Positions 17,184 through 25,452 of a stretch of 64,000 nucleotides of DNA are shown here, piece after piece. The notes below the pieces were generated by a model, which had not been told where the DNA came from, did not search any database, and saw only the letters and a program-made list of their open reading frames with translations. The DNA is from Vicinamibacterales bacterium (GTDB lineage Bacteria > Acidobacteriota > Vicinamibacteria > Vicinamibacterales > UBA2999), in the NCBI GenBank assembly GCA_036742665.1, contig DAINQP010000003.1, forward strand, positions 3,301-67,300, in the 5' to 3' direction. Position 1 is the stretch's first letter; each line of letters starts with the position of its first letter. Position numbers and translations under genes: made by a program.

Positions 17184-17909
17184 ATGCGCTTCAGACCCCT
17201 CATCCCCGTGGCGTTGATCGTCTGCGCCTCGCAGTCCGCTCTCGCGCAGGAGTGGACGCGCTTCGTCAGCCCTGAAGACGGATTCAGCGCGAACTATCCA
17301 GGCAAGCCGAAAATCGAGACCACCACCTACCTGAGTGAATACCGCCAGACGCTCCCCGCCAAGGTGTATAACGCGGCCGATGCGCTCGGGCGTTATACAA
17401 CGACCGTGGTGGACTATCGCGGCATCGAAAAGCTCCATGCCGACCGCGCCGCGAAATGCCAGGCTTCGAAAGGCGCCAATCAGCAGGACGGCGACACCTG
17501 CCAAAACGACTTCCGTGTAGACGTCGCCGGCGCGACCGATCACGCGGTCTGGAACTACTTGAAGCGTGACGGCGTGAAGATCACGCACTACATGTTTTAT
17601 TTCGTCGAGCTCGTGTCTGGTCGCGCGCTGCAGATGACCAACGCGGACAAGACGCGTTCGTTCGCGGCGATTCATCAGCACGCCGGGCGTCTCTACATCC
17701 ACGAGGCGACGGTATCCCCGGGCATGCCCGAGCCGATTCTGTTCATGCAGTCGCTGGCGTGGGCCGACGACAAGGGATTGGCGATCCGCTATCGCACGCT
17801 CTACACCGAAGGGTACGGCGAGTGGAAGTTTCCACACGAGCCTCCGCCTTTCACCGTTCGCGATCTCAACACGTCCATCGATGGGACCGTGGTGCGGCCA
17901 CCGCGGTGA
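17184..17909 (+). CDS. Exported protein of unknown function ('QEW' family, copy 2)
   Basis: GAGGAGGA lies upstream, and the signal peptide ends SALAQEW. It is a paralog of 15437-16111. Confidence 0.75.
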   Translation: MRFRPLIPVALIVCASQSALAQEWTRFVSPEDGFSANYPGKPKIETTTYLSEYRQTLPAKVYNAADALGRYTTTVVDYRGIEKLHADRAAKCQASKGANQQDGDTCQNDFRVDVAGATDHAVWNYLKRDGVKITHYMFYFVELVSGRALQMTNADKTRSFAAIHQHAGRLYIHEATVSPGMPEPILFMQSLAWADDKGLAIRYRTLYTEGYGEWKFPHEPPPFTVRDLNTSIDGTVVRPPR

Positions 17910-17922
17910 GAGGAGGCGTGAC

Positions 17923-18300
17923 GTGCAACTCAGAGCTTTCGGCGCAGCCGTCTTGTGTGCGGCGGCACTCAACGTCGTGGTGTCCGCTCATCACTCGCAC
18001 GGCAACTACGACGTCACTACCTGGACGGTCATGGAAGGCACCGTCAAACAGATCGTCTTCATCGTCCCCCACTCGATTGTCTATATCGACGTCAAGGGCG
18101 AGACATGGGCGCTCGAGGCGACCAACCCGCAGGGTATCTTTCTGCGCGGCGTCAAGAAGGAAGACGTGCAGGTCGGCGACACCATCAAGGTGCGGTGTCA
18201 TCTGCTTCGCGATGGCGGCAGAGGCTGCCTGCTCGGCTTCGTGACGCCGATGCACGGCGACAAGGCCCGCGGCCACGGCGTCGAGCTCGAGTGGGACTGA
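17923..18300 (+). CDS. DUF6152-like small exported protein, copy 2
   Basis: AGGAGG (17911-17916) precedes GTG 17923. The product reads VQLRAFGAAVLCAAALNVVVSA|HHSHGNYD...VPHSIVYIDV...WALEAT...GDTIKVRCHLLRDGGRGCLLGF. Confidence 0.75.
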   Translation: MQLRAFGAAVLCAAALNVVVSAHHSHGNYDVTTWTVMEGTVKQIVFIVPHSIVYIDVKGETWALEATNPQGIFLRGVKKEDVQVGDTIKVRCHLLRDGGRGCLLGFVTPMHGDKARGHGVELEWD

Positions 18301-18325
18301 CGTCCAAACGTTCACGATGGTGGAC

Positions 18326-19828
18326 TTAGTGACTTTCGCCGGAGTCGATCCGGCGACCCGTCAGCAGTAGCGGTGCTGTAGGGCCGGTCCTTTCCGCCTT
18401 CGCCAAGGCTACGGCGGACCCGCCTTCGTCCGCGCGCGGCTCCCTGGGTTCCGACGCGGTAACCTTGGAGAGCACGCCCTCGAGAAGCGGCGTCATCACC
18501 GCCAGCCGCTTCGCCCGAATCACCATGTCCCAGAGCGGCTCGAACTTCTTCCACCCCGCCGCATAGAAGAAATGTTTCGCCTGATGCTTCACTGACTCGT
18601 GCGAGCGCGCGCCGCGCGCGATCGACGACCATCGGTAGAAGTCTCGATAGGCGCGGTCGTAGCCTGCCTTGAGCGCCGCCGCCGTGAGACGGGCTGGCCG
18701 ATACACGACGTGACGCGTGTCGTACAAGTCCCAGTCGCGCGTCGTGATCCGGGCGTCTGTTTCCATCCGCGCGAAGAGTCTCGTACCGGGATACGGCGTC
18801 TGGATGTGGTACGTCGCTGTCGTCAGACCGTGCTCGATGCCCCATTCGACGGTCCGCTCGAAGACCGTCTCGTCATCGTCATCCATGCCGAAGACAAAGC
18901 TGCCGTTGATCATGACGCCGACGTCGTGCAGCCGCTTCGCAACCGCGGCATAGTCGCGATTGAGATTCTGGCGCTTGTTGCTCTCGACAAGATTGCTCGG
19001 CGCCAGCGTCTCGAAGCCGACGAACAGGCTGCGCAGCCCAGCGTCCGCCGCGCGCTCGACGATGTCGCCGCGAAGGATAGAGTCCACCGTTGCCGCACCT
19101 TGAAACAGCCGGCCCATGCCGCGCATGCCATCGAACAGCGCGGCCGCGAACCGGCGATCGCCGAAGAGATGGTCGTCGAGGAAATACAGATGACGGCCCG
19201 GCAGTCGCTCGATCTCGGCCAACGCGTCTTCGACGCGTTGGGTGTAGAACGAACGGCCTCCCGCGAAGAACGCGTCCTTGTAGCAGAAGTCGCAGTGCTG
19301 CGGACAGCCGCGGGTGACGACGATCGAGTTGGGAACCAGGTAGGCGTGGCGCCGAATCAGATCGCGACGGATCGGCGGCACGCGCTCGAGCGTGCGCCCT
19401 GACGTGGACACGTAGCGTGGCAGCGCCTGCCGGGTGCGAAAGTCGGCGAGAAACTGCGGGAACGTCTGCTCGCCAGGTCCGAGGACAATCACATCGGCAT
19501 GCGACGCGGCCTCGTCGGGCAGCGCCGTGACATGCAATCCACCAAGCGCCACGAAGACGCCTGTGCGCCGATACGCATCGGCCAGTGCGTAGGCTCGCCT
19601 GGCATTCGTGATGTAGACCTGGATGACGACGAGGTCTGGGCGATCGTCGGCGTCAACGCGCTCGACGTGCTCGTCAACGATGACGGCCTCGTCATCGTCA
19701 CGCAGGTAGGCGGCGAGGGTGGCGAGGCCGAGCGGCGGAAACAATGAGTACTTGATGGGACGCCAGAACGGACCGGTCGCCTCGGTCAGCGCCGGCAGGA
19801 TGAACTTCACGCGAAGGCGATCAGGCAT
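18326..19828 (-). CDS. B12-binding-domain radical SAM enzyme (class B)
   Basis: ATG 19828 gives MPDRLRVKFILPALTE...PPLGLATLAAYL (cobalamin-binding-like N-domain). The radical SAM cluster motif is GCPQHCDFCYK. The last ~20 codons are encoded by a REP-like element. Confidence 0.85.
   Translation of the reverse strand: MPDRLRVKFILPALTEATGPFWRPIKYSLFPPLGLATLAAYLRDDDEAVIVDEHVERVDADDRPDLVVIQVYITNARRAYALADAYRRTGVFVALGGLHVTALPDEAASHADVIVLGPGEQTFPQFLADFRTRQALPRYVSTSGRTLERVPPIRRDLIRRHAYLVPNSIVVTRGCPQHCDFCYKDAFFAGGRSFYTQRVEDALAEIERLPGRHLYFLDDHLFGDRRFAAALFDGMRGMGRLFQGAATVDSILRGDIVERAADAGLRSLFVGFETLAPSNLVESNKRQNLNRDYAAVAKRLHDVGVMINGSFVFGMDDDDETVFERTVEWGIEHGLTTATYHIQTPYPGTRLFARMETDARITTRDWDLYDTRHVVYRPARLTAAALKAGYDRAYRDFYRWSSIARGARSHESVKHQAKHFFYAAGWKKFEPLWDMVIRAKRLAVMTPLLEGVLSKVTASEPREPRADEGGSAVALAKAERTGPTAPLLLTGRRIDSGESH
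18378..18428. repeat. REP-like composite repeat (type C) overlapping the 3' end of the radical SAM gene
   Basis: The sequence is GTAGGGCCGGTCCTTTCCGCCTTCGCCAAGGCTACGGCGGACC followed by CGCCTTCG. It matches 794-836 at 37 of 43 positions. Confidence 0.6.
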
Positions 19829-19841
19829 TCGTAGGCAAGTT

Positions 19842-19856
19842 CTTTGTATCACAAAG
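19842..19856. promoter_or_regulatory. Inverted repeat CTTTGT-ATC-ACAAAG 14 nt upstream of the radical SAM start
   Basis: Seen by eye in the 148-bp spacer between the radical SAM gene and the divergent TonB-dependent receptor gene. Confidence 0.2.
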
Positions 19857-19976
19857 CTGGCGGCCTCCGAAGTCTCGGCGTGCTCGGCAATCGACGGTCG
19901 CACCCACACCCTTCTGGTATAGGCTTAGGCCCCGCGGGCACGATCTCAGCGACTAATTTTCACGGGGAGGACGGTA

Positions 19977-22900
19977 ATGCGGATATTCGTTGCGCGCCTG
20001 ATCGTGCTGGCAGGCGTGCTCCTTCTTCCGGCGTCTGCATTTGCGCAAGCATCGATCGCCGGTACCACCAAAGACGCGTCCGGCGCAGTGCTGCCCGGCG
20101 TCACTGTCGAGGCGTCGAGCCCGGTTCTCATTGAAAAGGTCCGCACGACGGTCAGCGATGACCGCGGCCTCTACCGCATCGTCAACCTGCCGCCCGGCAC
20201 CTACGTTGTGACGTTTACGCTGCAGGGCTTTAACATCGTGAAACGTAACGGGGTCGAGTTGACCGGATCCTTCACCGCAGTGATCGACGCCGACCTCGCG
20301 GTCGGTGGGCTCACCGAAACGATCACCGTGACCGGCGCCTCACCGATCGTCGACGTCACGAGCGTCAGACGTCAAACAACGATCAGCAGTGAGATGCTCA
20401 CATCGATTCCCACTGCGCGCTCGTGGGCGGCGACGGCGCTCTTGATTCCCGGCATCGTGACAATTGGTGGCAGTCCCCCGGACGTCCAGGTGACACCGCA
20501 GATGACGGTGTTCGGCGGCGCTGGCGGACGCAACAACGAAGGCCGCATGCAGGTGGACGGCTTGAACACCGGCGCAGGACTCGGCGGCAGCGGCGTCTCG
20601 ACCTACGTCGCGGATATCTCGAACGCGCAGGAAGTCGTGACGACGACGTCGGGCGGCCTTGGTGAGGCCGAAGTCGGCGGCCCCACGCTCAGCATCATTC
20701 CGAAGAGCGGCGGCAACACGCTCGCCGGCAACATCTATGCGTCTGGAACGGGCGGCGGGATGGTGGGCAGCAACTACAGTCCTGAGCTAGAAGCCGCAGG
20801 GTTGACGACTCCAGGCACGCTGCTCAAACAGTGGGACTTTACGTTCGGCGTGGGAGGCCCCATCCTGAAGGACCGCCTGTGGTATCGCGTTGCGGCCCGG
20901 GACGAAGGACAGCACCGCAAGATTCCCAACATCTACCCCAATCTCAATGCCGGCACGGCCGATAGATTCTATCTGCCCGATCGCACCAAGGAAGTGCGCG
21001 GTGCCGAAAGCTGGCGCTTGTACACGATGCGCCTGACGTTCCAGGCGACGTCGAAAGACAAGATCAACGTTCATTGGGACGAGCAGCACGCGTGCAACGG
21101 CGCGACGTTCAACACCAGTGAGGATGGCTGCCGGCAGCAACCAGACAGCGGCAACCGAATCGGTCCGCTCGGACTCGGCGGACTCAGCCCAACGACGTCA
21201 CCAGAGCTTGGCCAGTATCTCAACGCTCACCCGCGCGTCCGTCAGGTGACGTGGTCGGAAACGGCGACGAACAAGATGCTGTTCGAAGCAGGTTTCGGCG
21301 CGTATCAGGCGCCCTTCGGCCCCTATGAAAGTCCTGGTAATACCACGCGACCGTTTGCGCGCGTCACCGAGCAGTGCGCGGCGGGCTGCACAGCGAATGG
21401 CGGCATCCCCAACCTTACGTATCGCTCGCAGAACTGGTCCGATAGCTGGGACGCGCAGTACACGTGGCGCGCGTCGGTCTCCTACGTGACTGGTGCACAC
21501 AATCTGAAGGTGGGCTACGGCGGTGTCGCGCTGGTGTCGGACCTGCAGGGCTTCACCAACGACAACAACTTGAGCTACACGGTCAACAACGGCGTGCCGA
21601 TCTCGCTGACCCAGAGCCTGCTGCCGTTCACCACGAGCTACCGAACGCGCAACATGTCGATCTTCGTGCAGGATCAGTGGACGCGCGGGCGGATGACGCT
21701 GCAAGGCGCGCTGCGCTTCGATCGCAACTGGAGCAAGTTCCCGGAACAGCGCATCGGCCCGACCAACTTCCTCTCGACCCCGATCGTGTTCCCCGAGACC
21801 GACGGCGTCACTGGCTACAAGGACATCTCACCACGCGGCGGCGTCGCCTATGACCTGTTCGGCAACGGCAAGACCTCGTTGAAGGTGAACTTCGGCAAGT
21901 ATCTCGAGCCGACCAGCAACAACAACAACTACATCCTGTCGAACCCGATCGGCCGCATTGCCACGACCACTTCCCGCTCGTGGACCGACACCAACAACAA
22001 CTTCTTGCCGGACTGCGATTTGAGGAGCCCGGCTGCACAGAGCCCCGCAACGACCGGCTCAGTTGATACCTGCGGTGCGATGAACAGTTCGACGTTCGGC
22101 ACGACGGCGCTGACCACCGCTGCGATCGATCCGAAGATTCTCGAGGGCTGGGGCGTGCGTTCGAACGACTGGCAGATTGGCGTCTCGGTCCAGCAGCAGG
22201 TGCTGCCCCGCGTGTCAGTCGAGGTCGGCTACTTCCGCCGCTGGCTGAACAACTTCACGATCACCGACAACCTGGCGGTGGGTCCGAACGACTTCACCCA
22301 GTACAGCATCACCGCGCCGGCGTATGCGGATCTGCCGGGCGGCGGCAACTACCCCGTGAACGGACTCTACAACGTCGTGCAGGACAAGTTCGGCCAGACG
22401 AGCAACAACATCACGCTCGCTGACGATATCGGCGATCAGTACCAGACCTACAACGGCATGCTGCTCAATGTCAGTGCGAGGCTTGGCCAGGGCCTGCAGT
22501 TCCAGGGCGGCTTCGGCATGGGGAAGACCGTGCAAGACAACTGCGAGGTGCGCGCGCAGGTGCCGGAGTTGACCACGGGCGCGGGCGTCAGCCCCGCGGT
22601 GAACCCGGGCAACCCGTACTGTCACAGCGATCCCGGCCTCATCACGAGAGCCACGGCGCTCGGCAGCTACATCATCCCGAAGATCGACGTGTCGATCGCG
22701 GGAACGCTGCGCAGCGATCAGGGCGGCGTGCTGGCGGCCAACTGGAATGCACCGGTCGCGCTCGTCTCGGCGGCGCTGGGACGTCCGGCCGCGGTCGTCG
22801 GGACGACGGTGCCGATCAACCTCGTGGCGCCCGGCGAAGTCTGGGGCGATCGCGTCAACGCGTTCGATCTGCGATTCGGCAAGATTCTCAGGTTCGGCCG

Positions 22901-23072
22901 CACGCGCTACAACGTCGGGATCGACGTCATCAACGTCACGAACTCAGACGCGACGTTGACGTACAACCAGACGTTCAACACCAACCCGGCCACGCCGGCG
23001 CAGCGCTGGCTCGCGCCGACGTCGGTGCTCACGCCGCGCTTCGTGAAGATCGGCGCGCAGATCGATTTCTAA
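19977..23072 (+). CDS. TonB-dependent receptor-like outer-membrane protein with an N-terminal carboxypeptidase-regulatory-like domain (copy 1)
   Basis: GGGGAGGA lies upstream. The signal peptide ends SAFAQASIAGT. GAVLPGVTVEASSPVLIEKVRTTVSDDRGLYRIVNLPPGTYVVTFTLQGF is the CarboxypepD_reg signature. The 1031-aa product is a beta-barrel ending in KIGAQIDF. Confidence 0.85.
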   Translation: MRIFVARLIVLAGVLLLPASAFAQASIAGTTKDASGAVLPGVTVEASSPVLIEKVRTTVSDDRGLYRIVNLPPGTYVVTFTLQGFNIVKRNGVELTGSFTAVIDADLAVGGLTETITVTGASPIVDVTSVRRQTTISSEMLTSIPTARSWAATALLIPGIVTIGGSPPDVQVTPQMTVFGGAGGRNNEGRMQVDGLNTGAGLGGSGVSTYVADISNAQEVVTTTSGGLGEAEVGGPTLSIIPKSGGNTLAGNIYASGTGGGMVGSNYSPELEAAGLTTPGTLLKQWDFTFGVGGPILKDRLWYRVAARDEGQHRKIPNIYPNLNAGTADRFYLPDRTKEVRGAESWRLYTMRLTFQATSKDKINVHWDEQHACNGATFNTSEDGCRQQPDSGNRIGPLGLGGLSPTTSPELGQYLNAHPRVRQVTWSETATNKMLFEAGFGAYQAPFGPYESPGNTTRPFARVTEQCAAGCTANGGIPNLTYRSQNWSDSWDAQYTWRASVSYVTGAHNLKVGYGGVALVSDLQGFTNDNNLSYTVNNGVPISLTQSLLPFTTSYRTRNMSIFVQDQWTRGRMTLQGALRFDRNWSKFPEQRIGPTNFLSTPIVFPETDGVTGYKDISPRGGVAYDLFGNGKTSLKVNFGKYLEPTSNNNNYILSNPIGRIATTTSRSWTDTNNNFLPDCDLRSPAAQSPATTGSVDTCGAMNSSTFGTTALTTAAIDPKILEGWGVRSNDWQIGVSVQQQVLPRVSVEVGYFRRWLNNFTITDNLAVGPNDFTQYSITAPAYADLPGGGNYPVNGLYNVVQDKFGQTSNNITLADDIGDQYQTYNGMLLNVSARLGQGLQFQGGFGMGKTVQDNCEVRAQVPELTTGAGVSPAVNPGNPYCHSDPGLITRATALGSYIIPKIDVSIAGTLRSDQGGVLAANWNAPVALVSAALGRPAAVVGTTVPINLVAPGEVWGDRVNAFDLRFGKILRFGRTRYNVGIDVINVTNSDATLTYNQTFNTNPATPAQRWLAPTSVLTPRFVKIGAQIDF

Positions 23073-23078
23073 TCGTTC

Positions 23079-23106
23079 GGAGGGGCGAGGCATGCCTCGT
23101 CCCTCC
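23079..23106 (+). terminator. GC-rich hairpin 7 nt after the receptor stop
   Basis: The sequence is GGAGGGGCGAGGCATGCCTCGTCCCTCC, giving about 12 bp of stem with one G-U pair. No U-tract follows, so it could also be an intra-operon attenuator. Confidence 0.5.
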
Positions 23107-23143
23107 GCTGATGACCTCATACATTCGTTGCATGGAGACCTCA

Positions 23144-24187
23144 ATGAGACAGTTCGCGACGTGGACGACCGCTGCAGGCGCTCTTGTGATCGGGATCGTG
23201 GCTGGTGCATCGGCGCAACAACCGGCCGCGCCCCCTGGCCCACAGCCGTACTCGGTCGGCAATCGGCTGGGCATGCCGATCAACCCGGCACCCGACGGCA
23301 AGTTCGACCCGATGTCGAAGAACGTGAAGGTCTACGGCGCGATCTACTCGGCCGAGAGCTGCTCGTATGACCCGACTCGCAACGTGATCGTCGTGCCGAA
23401 CCGCGGCGTCGGCCAGAACGTGCAGACCAACAACGCGTGGATCTCGTTCATCAATCACGACGGGTCAGTGCACACGGCGCGCTGGGTCGGCATTCAAAAT
23501 CCTGGCGACCAGCGCTCCACGATGAAGCCGGCGCTGGTCCTGAACGAGCCGCTCGGCAGCGACATCGCCAATGACGTGCTCTATCTCGCGGATCGCGATG
23601 GCGGCACGAGCCCGACCGATCCCGCTATCTCGGTGATTCGCAAGTTCGACATGAAGACGGGCATGCCAGCCGGCGAGGTCAAGATCGAGAAATCAACCGG
23701 CTTCAACGACATTGAAGTCGCTGACGACGGCACCATCTACGCGACGCAGACTGGCGCCGGCGGACAGAACCCCGATGCGACGACGTGGCAGGTGTGGAAG
23801 ATCGCGCCGAGCGGCAGCGCATCGATCTTCATTCAGGGCGCACCACTGCGTCAGCCGAACGGCATCGCCTTCGACGAAAAGGGCAACATCGTCGTCGTCA
23901 ACATCGGCAACAACGAGGTGCTGACATTCGGTCAGGACGGCAAGCTGCTGAAGACGGAAATGGCCGTACAGGCCGGCAACGATGGCCTCGTGATCATGAA
24001 AGATGGCACGAAGTACGTGAGCAGCGTCGTGAATGGCGGCGTGTCGCGAATCAAGCCCGGCAAGCCGGCCGAGTTGATTGCGCAGAACATACCGAACCCG
24101 GCGTCGATGTGCTACGACGCGGGCGCGAATCAGTTGGTGATTCCTATGAACGCCAACAATGGGCTGGCGTTTATTTCATTGCGCTAG
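23144..24187 (+). CDS. Exported beta-propeller protein (SMP-30/gluconolactonase/NHL-like repeats)
   Basis: GGAGA lies 5 nt upstream of ATG 23144, and there is a signal peptide (AGASAQQ). Repeated motifs include DVLYLADRDG, DDGTIYATQTG, PNGIAFDEKGNIVVVN and NDGLVIMKDG. Confidence 0.65.
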   Translation: MRQFATWTTAAGALVIGIVAGASAQQPAAPPGPQPYSVGNRLGMPINPAPDGKFDPMSKNVKVYGAIYSAESCSYDPTRNVIVVPNRGVGQNVQTNNAWISFINHDGSVHTARWVGIQNPGDQRSTMKPALVLNEPLGSDIANDVLYLADRDGGTSPTDPAISVIRKFDMKTGMPAGEVKIEKSTGFNDIEVADDGTIYATQTGAGGQNPDATTWQVWKIAPSGSASIFIQGAPLRQPNGIAFDEKGNIVVVNIGNNEVLTFGQDGKLLKTEMAVQAGNDGLVIMKDGTKYVSSVVNGGVSRIKPGKPAELIAQNIPNPASMCYDAGANQLVIPMNANNGLAFISLR

Positions 24188-24200
24188 CCTAGCAACGAAG

Positions 24201-25337
24201 TTAGGCAGCTCGCGAAGAATCTCGGCTCTGGAGATATTTCAGGAGGGCCAGTAAGGCAATTTCGTCGCCGTGCAGACCGGCGATTCGCGCCGGCGCCTTC
24301 TTGCGGTTCGACACCACCGCCATCGCTCCGTCACGATAGGCATCCACAACTCCCGGATGCACGTACGACTTGCGGCAGACGGTGGGTGTGTTCCCGAGCA
24401 ATCCGGCGACGGCTTCGAGCGCCGCGTTCACGTGGCGCTCGGTGTCGCGCTTCGTGTCGGGCCGCGGCACGTCGCGCAGCGCGGTCGCCGCCAGCACCGT
24501 GCCCGACCAGGTGCGGAAGTCCTTCGCGGTGAAGTCCTGACCGGTGATCTCCTTCAAGTAGCCGTTGATATCACCTGAGTCCACGACCTGCGCCTCGCCG
24601 GCTTCATCGAGGTATTGAAAGAGCTCCTGCCCCGGCAAGTCACGGCACTGCTTGACGATGCGTGCAAGACGCCGGTCATTGACGCTCACCGAATGGCGCA
24701 CGCCGCTTTTGCCCCGAAACTGGAAGCGCAGCGTGCCACCGTTAACGCGTACGTGACGCGACCGTAGCGTGGTGAGGCCGAACGATTGATTGTGTCGCGC
24801 GTACTCTTCGTTGCCGACGCGAATCAAGCTCTTCTCGAGCAGCTGTACGATCGTCGCAAGCACTTTGTTACGCGGCAGGCCAGGCTGCTCGAGATCGGCG
24901 TTGGTGCGGCGGCGAATCGATGGCAGCACGTCGGCGAAGGTCTGCAAGCGATCGAACTTCGTCTCATCGCGATGCGCGCGCCACGCCGCGTGATACCGAT
25001 ACTGCTTGCGGCCCTTCGCATCGCGCCCGGTCGCTTGAATGTGTCCGCGCTGGTCTGGACAGATCCACACGGTTGTCCATGCGGGTGGCACCGCCAGCGC
25101 ACGAATGCGATCGAGCACAGACGGGTTGCGAATCGCCTTTCCGTCAGCGCCAACGTAGATGAACCCGTCTCCGCACCGCCGGCGCTCGATGCCAGGCTGC
25201 TCATCGCGCACATAGCGAAGTCCGGCCGTCGCCGCTGCGGTAAGCGGACAGGTATCCAGCGGCCGTTTCGTCCGGCTTGCCCTCGGCGAAGTCGAAGGGC
25301 GTCTACGCGACGGTCGGAAGGGGCGAACCCGGCGCAC
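24201..25337 (-). CDS. DNA topoisomerase IB (bacterial poxvirus-type), copy 1
   Basis: Its motifs are GLRYVRDEQPGI, LAVPPAWTTVWICPDQRGHIQATGRDAKGRKQYRYH, FQFRGKSG and the active-site region CRKSYVHPGV. The true start may lie downstream of 25337. Confidence 0.85.
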   Translation of the reverse strand: MRRVRPFRPSRRRPSTSPRASRTKRPLDTCPLTAAATAGLRYVRDEQPGIERRRCGDGFIYVGADGKAIRNPSVLDRIRALAVPPAWTTVWICPDQRGHIQATGRDAKGRKQYRYHAAWRAHRDETKFDRLQTFADVLPSIRRRTNADLEQPGLPRNKVLATIVQLLEKSLIRVGNEEYARHNQSFGLTTLRSRHVRVNGGTLRFQFRGKSGVRHSVSVNDRRLARIVKQCRDLPGQELFQYLDEAGEAQVVDSGDINGYLKEITGQDFTAKDFRTWSGTVLAATALRDVPRPDTKRDTERHVNAALEAVAGLLGNTPTVCRKSYVHPGVVDAYRDGAMAVVSNRKKAPARIAGLHGDEIALLALLKYLQSRDSSRAA

Positions 25338-25452
25338 GAAGCGTCGGACTGTGCAAAAAAGCCGCCGTCCAATATCCGCACAGGTTTTCGCAAGTCAGCG
25401 CTATCATCACCGTCGGAATTCTGACGGCAGACCGGACATTCTGGAGACTGTC

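Noticed and set aside
18326-19828. The radical SAM gene as the core of a RiPP or other biosynthetic gene cluster.
   Set aside because: I found no short precursor ORF, no peptidase/transporter/RRE-type partner and no other tailoring genes adjacent to it. The flanking genes are exported proteins and a receptor.
24201-25337. The topoisomerase IB copies (also 39163-40293) as tyrosine recombinases marking an integrated element.
   Set aside because: Their motifs (GRDAKGRKQYRYH, FRGKSG, SYVHP) are TopIB-specific. There are no flanking direct repeats, tRNA targets, or phage or conjugation genes, and the 14-kb interval between them holds ordinary metabolic genes.
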